Under the pieces are notes generated by a model that worked only from the letters and a program-made list of their open reading frames with translations, was not told where the DNA came from and did no database searches. From Catajapyx aquilonaris (taxonomy: Eukaryota), in contig JYFJ02004064.1 of the NCBI GenBank assembly GCA_000934665.2, positions 1 to 34,914 on the forward strand: a stretch of DNA of 34,914 nucleotides. Direction: 5' to 3'. Shown one piece after another: positions 1 through 12,864 of the stretch (position 1 is the first letter of the stretch; every line of letters starts with the position of its first letter). Both the position numbers and the translations under genes were made by a program.

Positions 1-825
1 CGAAGTGACTACCCCCTTGGTTGTATATACCATTGAGACAATAGTACTCACTTCGGTATGGTACTCCGGTGTACACCTGCAGTGATACTCTTTGGTACTC
101 CCAGGTCTACACCCTGTGTACACTTTACAGTCGAGTGAGTACCCCCTCGATAGGTTGACGTGAAATTGACGTTAAAATAACGTCTGGTTGGGACTCTGGT
201 CTACTATATCCGGATTGGCATAAGGGAAATGTTGTCCATACTACTATAAAATATAAATTAACAAATCAGACCACTTTGTACCAGCCATAAACGCGATCGT
301 GCCCTCCAAACAGCTATAAAGCTATTTCACAACTTTATGACTCAAATAATATCATAATGTAAAACCAGCCTTAGGCCTAACTGTAGGTTTTAAAATGTAG
401 ATGTAAAGAACCCAGGGAACCTTGGGTTTTGTATCGAAAAAGGCCCCCTCGCAGGGACCATTCCTCAGTGGCTGCCAGACCCCCAAAACCTTTTGTCTCG
501 CATACAAACGACCGTCTTCAAAGTAGAGGACCTTTTTTTTCTTAGAAAGTTTGGGTCAATGCCTGAAGGCTAAGTCGGTAACTCACCAGGGGGGTGCGTG
601 TGTGTGTGCCTTGGTCAGAAATTGGCTGCTTTTCAAACGACTAACAACAAAGAAAAGGCCGTGAACGGAACGAATGGACAATGAAGGAGGGGAAAAGTAA
701 CAGTGACCATTCAATCTTGTAGGAGGGGTGACATCTGTGTTACATCTGACATGGCAACTCATAAAGTGTGAGAATCTGTATAGCATTAATGTGACCGCAC
801 CAGTATACGTCTTTCGGCCCTGACA

Positions 826-1725
826 GGTACAGTGTTGGACATTAATCGCGTCGTACTGCTAGAGACATTTTTCGATGCGGCAGACGCGAAAATCGAAGTG
901 ATAGAGACTTAGATGGCAAGCCGTGCGAGTAAGAAATTGTAGCCCTTGGAGGACGTCACCGGCTGAGGACAAGCCATTTTTTCCATTGCCCCTCAGCCGG
1001 TGACGTCACCAGAACGGCCTATCTCTTCTGATTCGACGTGCAAATCGAAGTGATAGAGTGCGAGCCGTGCGAGTAAGAAATAGTAGGCCTTGGGTGACGT
1101 CACCCGAAAGGCCTACCTCTTCTGATTCGACGTGCAAATCGAAGTGATAAGAGTGCGAGCCGTGCGAGTAAGAACTGGTAGGCCTTGGGTGACGTCACCG
1201 GCTTGTCCTGGGTGACGTCACCCAAGGCCTACCTCTTCTGATTCGACGTGCAAATCGAAGTGATAGAGTGCGAGCCGTGCGAGTAAGAAATGGTAGGCCT
1301 TGGGTGACGTCACCCGAAAGGCCTACCTCTTCTGATTCGACGTGCAAATCGAAGTGATAGAGTGCGAGCCGTGCGAGTAAGAAATGGTAGGCCTTGGGTG
1401 ACGTCACCCGAAAGGCCTACCTCTTCTGATTCGACGTGCAAATCGAAGTGATAGAGTGCGAGCCGTGCGAGTAAGAAATGGTAGGCCTTGGGTGACGTCA
1501 CCGGCTTGTCCTGGGTGACGCCACCCAAGGCCTACCTCTTCTGATTCGACGTGCAAATCGAAAGTGATAAGAGTGCGAGCCGTGCGAGTAAGAAATGGTT
1601 GGCCTTGGCCTCAACCGGTGACGTCACCCAAGGCATACCATTTCTTATTCGCACTTCGATTTGCACGCCTACCGCATCAGAAAATGTCGCTAGCAGTATG
1701 ACGCGATTAATGTCCAACTGTACGG
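826..1725. mobile_element. Foldback/MITE-like element with an internal ~94-bp tandem array
   Basis: Imperfect ~75-bp inverted ends (GTTGGACATTAATCGCGTC.. at about 834; ..GACGCGATTAATGTCCAAC at about 1700) enclose 6-7 units of GGCCTACCTCTTCTGATTCGACGTGCAAATCGAAGTG...GGGTGACGTCACCC. Confidence 0.8.
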
Positions 1726-1978
1726 TATGTCCCACTGACATGATAATTTTAGGAGAATCTTCTCAGTATGGCTGTTAGATTGCCACAACAGTACTGTTCG
1801 TCCTGTGGTACTGCCAGGCACGGTATTTCCTACTACATGATAATTTTAGGACATAATTATGCACTGCAAATGGTTAATTCTTGCGTAGAAAGCCTTCTAA
1901 ACACCTGACCGCAACCGTACTGGCCCTGCCAGGCACGGTATGTCCCACTAAGTATGATGGGTTTTCTTTTTACGGGCA

Positions 1979-2176
1979 CACTTCGGATATAGTAGACCAG
2001 AGTCCCACGCCAGATGATTTTAACGGCTTTTACGTCAATTTAACTACTTTTAACGTCAATTTCACGACAAGAAGTGCACAATTGAGACGATATTTTGACG
2101 TGAAATTGACGTAAAAGTCGTTAAAATGACGTCAGGGGATCATCTGGCGTGATTCTGGTCTACTATATCCGAAGTG
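1979..2176. mobile_element. Palindromic MITE-like element (a half copy lies at 154-219)
   Basis: 23-bp perfect inverted repeat CACTTCGGATATAGTAGACCAGA / TCTGGTCTACTATATCCGAAGTG with further internal symmetry. Confidence 0.75.
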
Positions 2177-3010
2177 GCGTGGGACTCCAGAAATATACTA
2201 TTCACTGTAAATTTATTATTCTTATATTTTAAAAACCTTGCATAGAAAGCCTCTAAACAAGCCTTCTAAACACCTGACCGCAACCGTACTGGCCCTGCCA
2301 TGCACGGTATATCCTACTGCATGATAATTTCATGATATTCTCTACACAATAATTTTTTTTACATTTATATATTGTTAAAACCTTGCATGGTGTGCTTCAA
2401 AACAAGTGTTCTAAACATTTGACCACTGGCCCTGCCAGGCACTGTATGTCCACTGCATGATAATATTTTTTTGTTACATTTATATATTTTTAAAATGCAT
2501 AGTGACTGGCTAGCCTGAAAACAATCTCTGTAAACACCTGAGAAATTTTAGTGTAGCAGGTGACCTGCAACATGGTGACGAGGCACAAAATCTCAGGCCC
2601 ATTTTTCACCTTAATCCCCACCCACCAGTCGCACCTTTTGAAAACCAGGCTTAGGCTACGGTCCCTGCTGAGTAATCACAACAAATTGCCGGATTTGGAG
2701 CTGCGGCAGCCAGTCACGACTTAGCAACGCCCAGCGCCATCTACACTTTACAATCCTACACGACAAAAAAATGGTCTGAAAAAAAAGTGGACTCACGCTC
2801 TTGTTTATAAGCCTCGATGAAGACATTACAGGGTCTGGTATTCGACCAATTGTCTCGATCCATGGGGGAAATTAACCTTGATACACATGGAAGGGTTTCC
2901 GCTCACGTTTTTCAGTTGCCATTGTTATTATCTGCCAACAATGAGAGGGTTGGAACCTGGCAATTTAGATAGTCCACGTGCATGTAACATGAAGATTCTT
3001 GAGTGTGTTG

Positions 3011-3327
3011 GCAGGGAGCATAAGAGGCGCAAAGATTCGATTTCCGCGTCTCTCTGTTTGGGGCGTTGCCAAGGCTGGCGGCCATTTTGAAGTGTGGGGA
3101 ACGCCAGCGAGGTATAGATAGGGTACAGGCAAAAATAGGGTCCACCATCTTTGATTCGCGCGTGTTCTTGCCATGTAGTTGCTATGGCCGTCCAAACCAT
3201 ATTTTTGCCTGTACCCTATTTATACCTCGTTGGCGTTCCCCACACTTCAAGATGGCCGCCAGCCTTGGCAACGGACCCAAACAGAGAGACGCGGACATCA
3301 AAGGTGCCCACAGTATATGCTCCCTGC
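3011..3327. mobile_element. Long-palindrome MITE-like element
   Basis: About 95-bp inverted arms at 3043-3137 and 3200-3295, plus outer GCAGGGAGCATA / TATGCTCCCTGC; no TSD found. Confidence 0.75.
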
Positions 3328-3351
3328 TTATGGACTGTTTACGTGTCCTAT

Positions 3352-4410
3352 GGAGGCAGCCATCTTGAGTTGTTAGGGAAGCAGTGGCCGGCTCTGACGT
3401 CACGGTCGACTCCGATTGGTTGGAGTCAAGTGGTTACCTACTCTTCTTAAAAAAAGTGTAGCCTATACACCATGATTACCCTATAGATTACCTTATGATA
3501 GGCCGAGGGGTTAGTCACTTAAATTTGTTTGCATACACGGACTACCGGACTACCCTTCGCCGAAGGGTAGTCCGAAGGCCTGTGGTAATCTGCTGTATAC
3601 TTCGTTTGGTAATCCTGGTAATCATGTATAGCAATCATAGGTAATCATAAGGTAATCAACTCATCATTAATGTAATATAGGGTAATCATAGGTACTCTGG
3701 GTCATCATAAAGTAGCCTTCGCCTTCGCCGAAGGGTAGTTCGAGGGTACTCCGGGTAGTCCAGCCTGGACTACCCTCGGACTACCCTTCCTTAGTGACTA
3801 TAACCCCTCGGATTAGGCTACCTATGAATAGGGCTGTGCGATATTCCGATACGTCGACTGTCGATACGATATTTTCCTAATATCGAAGTGGCGATATCTG
3901 ACGCTTGCCATGTACGATGTATCGAATATCGCGATTTTTCGATGTCGGTTTTCGATATTTTTCGATGTCTGGTCGATGTCGGTTTTCGATATTTTTCGAT
4001 GTCGATTTTCGGTTTTTTTCGATATCTGCTCGATGTCGGTTTTCGATATTTTTCGATGTCGGTTCGATGTCGGTTTTTAGATTTTAGATATATCGACTTC
4101 GATTCGATATTTTTTGAGTATCGAAAGTCGATATGCAATTTCGGATATCGAACAGCCCTGATGACCCAGAGTACCTATGATTACCCTATAAGTTATTACA
4201 TTTTATGATTACCTTATGATTTACCTTATGATTTACCTTATGATTACCTTATGATTACCTTATGATTGCTACATGATTACCAAGATTACCAAACGAAGTG
4301 TAGGCCTACATCAGATTACCACAGGCCTTCATCTGGTCCGAGCCAATCGGAGTCGACCGTGACGTCAGAGCCGGCCACTATTGCCATAGCAACGCAAGAT
4401 GGCGGCCTCC
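3352..4410. mobile_element. Foldback element (arms about 3352-3707 and 4159-4410) with the hAT MITE nested in its loop
   Basis: GGCCGGCTCTGACGTCACGGTCGACTCCGATTGG (3386) is mirrored at 4343-4376; GGTAATCATA subrepeats are mirrored by (TATGATTACC)n. Confidence 0.75.
3829..4160. mobile_element. hAT-type MITE, longer copy of the 29614-29845 family
   Basis: TAGGGCTGTGCGATAT...ATATCGAACAGCCCTG termini and near-identical body, with about 100 bp more TCGATGTCGGTTTTCGATATTTTT subrepeats. No clear TSD. Confidence 0.85.
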
Positions 4411-5190
4411 CACAAGCAATTACTCCAGCCAATCAGAGACGACGTGACCTCAGCGTCACAAAGTTATGTACCGCCAACATTTTGTCCGTCTTGTGCGCCG
4501 CAAAACGTTATTGTGGTCTTGCCAATTTGTACAGAATGAGTCAGAACATCCTTTTTTTTTCCTATTCTCCAGCATCATAATCATGTTCTCGCCCCCATAA
4601 CACGGACCCAATATGCAATTAGTCCTTATAGCCCCAGTCCTTGATTGTCTCCTGATTGGTCATTCTAATGACATTCTGATGCTCAAGGTCATAAAACCGT
4701 CCAGACACTTGTTCTCTCTCAAGTTATGGCCAGTGTAGATGATGTTTTACATCAGTTTTTGGACGCCATCCTTATTTTAATTGGGAAGCTTGGGAACAAA
4801 TTTTTTTTTTTTCGCCAAATGTTGCCGGTCGTTTTATGGCCTGGTGCACCTGGGAGTATTACGACCGTGGTGAAAATAACAGATTGGAGAGGAAGGAAAA
4901 ACCTGTTGGAGGGTGTGAAATGGCCGGGGCCAGCTGGTCACCCTTTACATGGTCCCATTTCTCTTCTTCAGACCCCGGTCTCTTTTCAACCAGAATAAGA
5001 AGGAAACTGGCCAATCCTAGCACAGTTCACACTTTGTAGGCTTGTCCAACAGGAAGTGGGCATTGTGGAACCCATGGTTTACATGGGGGGCGAAGAATAA
5101 CTAGAAATGTCATTTTTACTGGAACATTTGGCTGTGTCCTGGAAATGAGTAAGGTAGCAGACCTGAAGCTCAAATTAATCTCCTCTTCAC

Positions 5191-5470
5191 GACCGAAGCA
5201 GGTTGGTGTAGTGGATATGGAGTCCGCCTGCTAATCGGGAGGTCCTGGGTTCGAATCACCCCTGACCGTAGTTTTCTGTGGTTTTCCACGTTTCCCACAG
5301 GATAATTCCGGAGTCGTTTCCGTAAAAATAGGCCACAGCCGCTTCCTTCCGTCCATATCCTTGGTCCCACCCATGTGTGAAAGAGTCAGAAAAATCGAAG
5401 AAAACTGACGGTGGTATGCCACCCCCATAAGGGCTCCGCCCTATCACGGCGTAAAATAAAATTAAATATA
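5191..5470 (+). mobile_element. tRNA-derived SINE, copy A
   Basis: Pol III A box TGGTGTAGTGG (5204) and B box GGTTCGAATC (5248). Body GTTTTCTGTGGTTTTCC...ATAGGCCACAGCCGC is shared with copies B and C. A-rich tail; near-perfect flanking direct repeat CTCCTCTT(C/G)ACGAC at 5180 and 5474. Confidence 0.85.
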
Positions 5471-5814
5471 AACCTCCTCTTGACGACTCGTGGAGGTTAA
5501 TTTCAACTTCAGGTCTGCTACCCCATGGCAGCACATTTCGTCGGCCCGACGTCGGCAAATGACACCGTGCCAATGTTGGGGAGCGATGTCGGGCCAATAT
5601 AAAAACGGTTAACTTTTTGTCACATCGGGCCGACGTTGGCATCAGATGTTGGGCCGATGTTGGCATTCAATACATTCTATACATTATTATCTATAATAGT
5701 AATTGCTATATTCATTGTTATTACGTCTTGCACAGGTCATTATTAGCTACATTATATACATTATTAGCTAGTAATAGATATAATAGCTATATATACATTT
5801 TATTAGATATTTCA

Positions 5815-6076
5815 ACCGAAGCAGGTTGGTTTGGTGGTCAAGGAGCCCGACTGCTAATCGGGAGGTCCTGGGTTCGATTCCCCGTGCCGGCGATCCTGGC
5901 CGTGGTTTTCTGTGGTTTTCCATGGTCCCCTCCAGGACAATTCCGGGATCGCTTCCGTATAATAGGCCACAGCCGCCTCCTTCCTTCCCTATATCCTTGT
6001 CCCCATCCAATGGTGGTACTCCACCCCCCTAATTGAGCGCCGATTCTCCCAATTGGGTATAAATAAATAAATAAAA
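5815..6076 (+). mobile_element. tRNA-derived SINE, copy B
   Basis: ACCGAAGCAGGTTGG head, B box GGTTCGATTCCC, same body as copy A, (TAAA)n tail. Confidence 0.85.
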
Positions 6077-6833
6077 ATTAAATATATTATTTCATATATT
6101 TTGTAACAAATTGCACCACAATATTAACCCGATTGTAATCTTCACTACGTCACAGTCTCCTTATAACTGTTATAGCTATCAGTGAAGGTGACACGCAAAT
6201 ACCGCAATCATCAGATAACATGTCGCAACCCTAATCACATGGGGGTTACTACACACTAATAACTAACAACCTATGACGTGAAACATGTCGTGTGAAACGC
6301 GATTCTTCCTGTTCGAAAAAAAAGCGGCTATCTAATTAGCTAACAGAAAAAGCTAGTAGCAATTTGGAAAACGTCTGACGTGATTTTCAAAACAAAAACA
6401 AAAAAAAAAGTTGCGGACAGACAGTGATGATTCATCTTGGACATTAAGCTTTCAACTGCCAGAGATCATTTGCATGTCAAGTCACCTGACGGGAAAACTA
6501 ATTCCTACCTGTACGAAAGGGGTTTTGTGAAGTAGTTTGACCCGTCTTTTACCCGACATAACCAATTAAGATGGTGGAGCCTAGATATGGCTGACACTCC
6601 AGATTGGAGAAGCTGTAAAAATCGGTTTTACAACCCGTACCCTAACCCATCATTGATAATATTCTGGTTTAAAAAATCAGATTCTGGACGTGCCTTGGGA
6701 ATATTTCGGGATAGCAATTACCTTGTAGGTAGCGTATGAGTCCTAATTGCTTTATTTGGGCTAATTAGAAAGTCAAGGGGCGATGAAACGTGACGTAAGT
6801 TTAGGAAAGTTGGTTTTAAGGGTATTACTGGGT

Positions 6834-9316
6834 CACAATAACGTTCGTTGGCCTACGACGGTCGTAATTAATTTTTAAAATAATGTAGTGCGACATGACG
6901 TGCCTGGCAGGGCCATAGACGGACCCCACTATAGCGTAAATACTCTCGCAGTTAATTTAAAAATTATGTAGGGCGACTGACTGTGCCTGGCAGGGCCGTA
7001 GACGACTTCACAATAACATTCGTTGCCCTACGACGCTCGCAATTGATTAAAAATTATGTAGGGTGACGGATCGTGCCTGGCAGGGCCATAAACGACTCAA
7101 CAAGAACGCTCGCAAGCTTAATACTATCGCAGTTACATTTTAAAAAATAATGTAGGGCGACTGACTGTGCCTGGCAGGGCCACAGACGACTTCACAATAA
7201 CATTCGTTGCCCTACGACGCTCGAAACTGATTCAAAAAGTATGTAGGGTGACGTGACGTGCCTGGCAGGGCCAGACGATGCCACAATAATGTTCACAACG
7301 CTCCAATTGACTAAAAATCATGTAGGGTGACGGATCGTGCCTGGCAGGGCCATAGACGATGCCACAGATGGTCGTAATTAGTGAAAATATCATGTAGGGG
7401 AAGTGCCGTGCCTGGCATGGCCATACAGACGCTACAATAACTTTCACGACATGTCGTGAGTGTCGCGACACTCGCAATTGACTAAAAAATCTTTAGGACG
7501 CCGGGCCGTGCCTGGCAGTGCCATAGACGATGCCACAGATGGTCGTAATGAATGAAAATATCATGTAGGGGAACTGCCGTGCCTGGCAGGGCCATACAGA
7601 CACTACAGCGATAACTTTCACAGCGCTCGAAATCGACTAAAAATTATCTAGGGCGACTGAAAGTGCTTGGCAGGCCATAGACGATGCCACAGATGGTCGT
7701 AATTAATGAAAATATCATGTAGGGGACGTGCCGTGCCTGGCAGGGCCATACAGATGCCACAATAACGTTCACAACGCTCGCAATTAACTACGTATTTTTG
7801 GTTTTCCAGTTGTGCCAACTGGCATGCCAGTTGGCACAACTGGAAAACCAAAAATCATGTATGACGACATGCCGTGCCTGGCATGGCCATAGACTGGTGC
7901 TGTCACCCAAATGCCATACAGATACCCCAACTAAGGTCCTGCAAAATGTGGATCTCCTTAAAAAAGGGTCCACCTTCCCAAATCCCTTTGTACTTTTTCT
8001 TCCACCCTTGGCCATTGCCCCCTCTGGTTTCCTTCCAAGGCCTTCAGATGATGATGATGATGTCCCGTGGTGCTGGGGGGAAACCTTGCTCCTGGAAATG
8101 GCTTCGGGACGCCCTCTTGCCCCATCCACAAAAAAAGGGAACTTTTTGAAGGTTCCGCAGCGCTGTAATTAACCGAGGCGAATAGAGACATCACTCTTGG
8201 GCAAGACAGCTGGGGTTTTGCCCCGGGGCGTAGGGGATGGGGCGGAAGGGAGGCGGGGTTAGGGTGCGAAATAAAGGAGCCTGTGGGCCGCCGTTGGGCC
8301 ATCAAAAAATGGTGGACTAGGAGATATGTGGTCACCTGACCGGCGCCTGTTGGAATCTGTTCGCACCCCGCCCCCTCCAGTGTTATTACCTGGCATGACA
8401 TGCACAGGTTGGCTCGTCTGTACTGCCTTTGGATGACCGCACCAGTATTTGTCCACTAACTAAAAATCATGTAGGGAGACGGACCGTGCCTGGCAGGGCC
8501 ATAGACAACGCCACAATAACGTTCACGATGCTCGCAATTAACTAAAATCATGTAGGGCGACGGACCGTGCCTGGCAGGGTCATAGACGACGCCACATTAA
8601 CATTCCCAACGGTCGCAATTAACTAAAAATCATGTAGGGGCGACGGACCGTGCCTGGCAGGGGCACAGACAACGCCGCAATAACGTTCACAACGCTCGCA
8701 ATTAGCTAAATAATGTGTAGGGCGACGGACCGTGCCTGGCAGGGCCATAGACGACGCCACAATAACGTTCACAACGCTCGCAATTAACTAAAAATCATAC
8801 ATGGCGACGGACAGTGCCTGGCAGGGACATAGACGACGCCACATTCACATTCCCAACGCTCGCAATTAACTTAAAATCATATAGGGTGACGGACCGTGCC
8901 TGGCAGGGTCATAGACGACGCCACAATAACGTTCACAATGTTCGCTATTAGATAAATATCATGTAGGGCGACGGATCGTGCCTGGCAGGGCCATAGACGA
9001 CGCCACAAGCCTAAGACGCTCACAATGCCAGGCACGGTCCGTCGCCATGTAGGCCTACATTTTTGTAAAATTAATTGCGAGCGTGGTAGGCTTGTGAACC
9101 GTTATTGTGGCGTCGTCTATGGCCCTACCAGGCACGGTCCGTCGTCCTACATGATTTTTAATTCATTGCGAGCGTCGTCCAACGAACGTTATTATGGATT
9201 TGTTAATTCGTTGCCACTGATGATCCAAACTAGAGATTGATCCTGATTGTTGTGGATGTACCGCCTATTTACTGTCCGAATTGGGCGCCGCGCCGCAGCC
9301 AACGAACGTTATTGTG
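6834..9316. repeat. ~82-bp satellite array (core CCGTGCCTGGCAGGGCCATAGACG) with an orientation flip at about 9020 and an internal insertion
   Basis: Many diverged units at 6840-7890 and 8460-9010, and reversed units at 9025-9200. Ends CACAATAACGTTCGTTGGC / GCCAACGAACGTTATTGTG are inverted. Dispersed monomers occur at about 815, 1810-1950, 2290, 2430 and 25410-25460. Confidence 0.85.
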
Positions 9317-10199
9317 GCTTTGTCAATTCGTCATGACTACAAGGATGATGTTGACCCGCACTTTAGCCGATTTTGCAATGGTCTGATCTAATTTGTAGGC
9401 TAACAATTTCCTCCATTAAAAAGTATGTCCGGATATGAGAAAGCCCAAAGTCGGCCATTTTGAATCCTGAATGTTGCGCTCTTGAATATATAGGTTTAAA
9501 AAAATAGCAGGTTCGGTTGCTTTTGAGTGTGTGTCTATCGGACCAGAATTCTTTTGAATAAAAATTGATTTTGGTCGAATTCTCATAGGACGAAATGCTT
9601 TTGGTCGAAATGTTTTTGGCTACTATCTTGCACGAAATTAGAGCCAGTTCTTAGCCGTTATTTTTTCACAACAATCTTCAACAATGGTCCAATTATTTGA
9701 TAGTGAATGTCTTCCTGCGAAATAACATATGGAAAACGTAGCTGCTGCCACATAAATCTGAAGCCACAACCGCCTTTTTGTAACAGTTGGAACTTGTATC
9801 CAAAAACCTTTCGAATTCCAACCCCACCCATTAAATTACACCTTTTTTTCCCAAAAAAAATTTCGAAAAAAAATGAACTCAACTGTTGTGAAGACAGGTC
9901 TTAGCCAAGCACGCTTCCCATCCCAAGAGGGCGTTCCAGTCTCTTATAAAAGGCGCTTAAGAAGAACCATGTTCTCACAATCAGGGCCTATCATTTCCTG
10001 ACGTGCCGTGATGACTTAATCAACAGCAGGCTATTTACAGCCCTGCCTATTTATGGCCTGTAATGATCTATCCTCAATCACAATAAATCCTTCGGGACAG
10101 GAACAAAAGATGGTTAGTATTGGAACAGGTGTAGCCTACTGGTCTAATCAGGATCAATCTCTAGTTCTACTAGTAAATTTAAAACAGTAAATGTCAAAA

Positions 10200-11590
10200 A
10201 AATACATTTAAAATCAAATAAAATTGTCGGGTCGGCCATATTGGATCAAAGATGGCGCTGATCAATGTATGTGATCGGTTTGCGGTCTCCATGAAGCATT
10301 TTCGGGCTGGAAAAGAGCAAGAAACGTTTGCTACTGTTAACTGGATCAAAGATGGCGCCTATCAGTGTTGTGTGCCCGGTTTCCGGCCTCCAGGATACAT
10401 ATTCAGGCTGGAAAAGAGACAGAAAAGTTTGCTACTGTTAATTGGATCAAAGATGGCGCCTATCAGTGTATGTGCTCGGTTTACGGCCACCAGGATACAT
10501 TTTCAGGCTGGAAAAGAGCCAGAAAAGTTTGCTATTGTTAATTGGATCAAAGAGGGCACCTATCAGCTAGTGCTGTGTGCCCAATTTCCGGCCTCCAGGC
10601 TGGAAAAGAGCCAGAAAAAGTTTTTTATTGTTAACAACAATTATTCTGCCTCATTTCCGGCCAGATAATCATGTTGAGAGTATTTCTAGTAAAAATTTTA
10701 ACCATAAAATAAAATAGCCGAATCGGCCATCTTGGATCAAAAATGGCCATTATTAGTGTATGTCGGTTTCCGGCCTCTAGGCTCCGAGATACATTTCCCG
10801 GCTGGAAAAGAGCCAGAAAAGTGTGCCATTGTTAACAACAATTATTGTTAATTTAATTTAATTTTGAACATTATCTGGCCTAAAAAGACGCAGAATAATA
10901 ATAAATTATTCTGTCTCTTTTCCGGCCAGGTAATTATTTCAGGAGACATTTTCGGGTTGGAAAAGAGCCAGAAAAGTTTGCCATTGTTAACAACAATTGT
11001 AGCTAACAATGGCAAACTTTTCTGTCTCTTTTCTGGCAAACCTTTCTGGCTCTTTTCCAACCCGAAAATGTTTTCTGAAATAATTATGGCAAGGGCATTT
11101 CTAGTAAAAAAATTTAAAAATTAAATTAAATTATCAGGTCGGCCATATTGGATCAAAGATGGCGCTTATCAGCGTATGTGCTCAGTTTCCGGCCTCCAGG
11201 CTTCGGGACACATTTTCCGTCTGGAAAAGAGCCAGAAAAGTTTGCCCCATTGTTGTTAACAATGGCAAACTTTTCTGGCTCTTTTCCAACCCGAAAATGT
11301 TTCCTGAAATAATTACCTGGCCGGAAAAGAAGCAGAATAATTATTATTCTGCCTCTTTTCCGCCCAGATAATATTATGGTAATGGTATTTCTAGTAAGAA
11401 ATTTAAAAAATTAAATTAAATTATCAGGTCGGCCATATTGGATCCAAGATGGCGCCTATGTATGTGCTCGGTTTTCAGCCTCCATGAAACATTTTTGGGC
11501 TGGAAGATAGCCAGAAAATTTTGCTATTGTTGTCAACAATGATTCTGACTGTTTTCCGGCCAGAAAATTTGTCTAGATATGTAAAAAAAT
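10200..11590. repeat. Degenerate ~100-bp tandem and inverted repeat block
   Basis: Recurrent GGATCAAAGATGGCG...TTTCCGGCCTCCAGG...GGCTGGAAAAGAGCCAGAAAAGTTTG units, with palindromic arrangements at about 10900-11085 and 11210-11350. Confidence 0.8.
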
Positions 11591-12864
11591 TGAGCAAAAA
11601 TATGCAAAATTGTGTATCAAAAAAAAAACCTTACAATTTTTTTTGGGACATATCACATTCCCTTTTAATATGTAAAATAACTCCAACCCTACAAAGGAAA
11701 AAGGTGTGGCCAAACCCTACCTAAGGGCGTAACCATCGAACAAGGTTGCTCAAGGGAAGTAACTCTTAAAAAAGCAACATAAATATTCCTGAACCTTAAA
11801 TGAAGGCTATACTTAGCCTTTATTTTGCCATGAGGTTAACTCATGTGTAAAAGTGTATATGTAAAAAGACACGCTAGGTGGTGCCCACCAGGTTGAAACT
11901 TTCCACGGGAAATGAAGACATTAAGTTTATTTGAAGTCATAATTATAGGGTTGTTAGTTCTTATCTAAAGGCAGCTGGTCAACACACCATTTGCATATCA
12001 AAAAAAAACCTCATCGCCATCTGGATAGCTAGTTAGGAAGTGTTGGGTGTCATCTGTAATGCTCATGTGTGACCGCGCACTAGTCGCTTCGGTCAGGTGA
12101 GACTTACCAGGTGAACCTCCCCAAAAAAATCTTTTGTTGGAAATTTTTGGGATGGACAGGGACTAATTGCAGGATTTTCAACACCTGACTGGACAAAGGT
12201 TGAAGAGGATTTTCAAAATCCTCTTTTAGAACCGGTCTTCAAGATTTTGGGGATAATCGGTCCCTTGGGCTTATTGTGTCGGTCGTGGTCTTGGAAGGAT
12301 TTTTCTGTGCCCATTAGGCGTACTAATTGGCCCCAATGGGGGGTGCCTTGACATAGAGGACCTAATGAAGTAGAAAACCAGAGCACCTGCATGGTTCGCA
12401 TTGTACTGTTAGGGACAAAAAGGTGTGGACGTCTGCTTGTGAAATACCGTTAGATGTCGGTGCGGCTCGCCATATGATCACGATCATAAGATCACTTCCA
12501 TATGAGTTCAAAGTTTGTTTGTTTGTACGAAAATCCGCTTATTTCAGCTCAAATAAGAGAATAGAACACCGTTTGCCTGTAGCAAGATGGCCGTCACATT
12601 TTTGCTATATTATAAAAGTGATGTTTGTTTGTTTGTGCAAGAAAAGCGCTTATTTCAGCTCAAGAATACGGATAACGCTAGAAATAACGTTTAAAAGTGA
12701 AGAAAACATACCGCTTGCCTGTACCAAAGATGGCCGTCAAATTTATGCAATATTTTCAAAGTGCTATTTATTTACTTTGTTGTTTGTTTGCTTGTTTGTG
12801 CTGGGAAGAGGCTTATCTCAGCTCAATCAGACGGATATCGGTCGAGATAACGTTTAAAAGTGAT

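Noticed and set aside
5191..5262. tRNA gene (also at about 5815 and 16100-16165)
   Set aside because: A and B boxes are followed by a shared SINE body, A-rich tail and TSDs; I could not identify a convincing cloverleaf.
6840..9200. CRISPR-like regularly spaced GTGCCTGGCAGGGCCATAGAC repeats
   Set aside because: The intervening sequences are homologous to each other, so this is a satellite. The context is eukaryotic, with spliceosomal introns and no cas genes.
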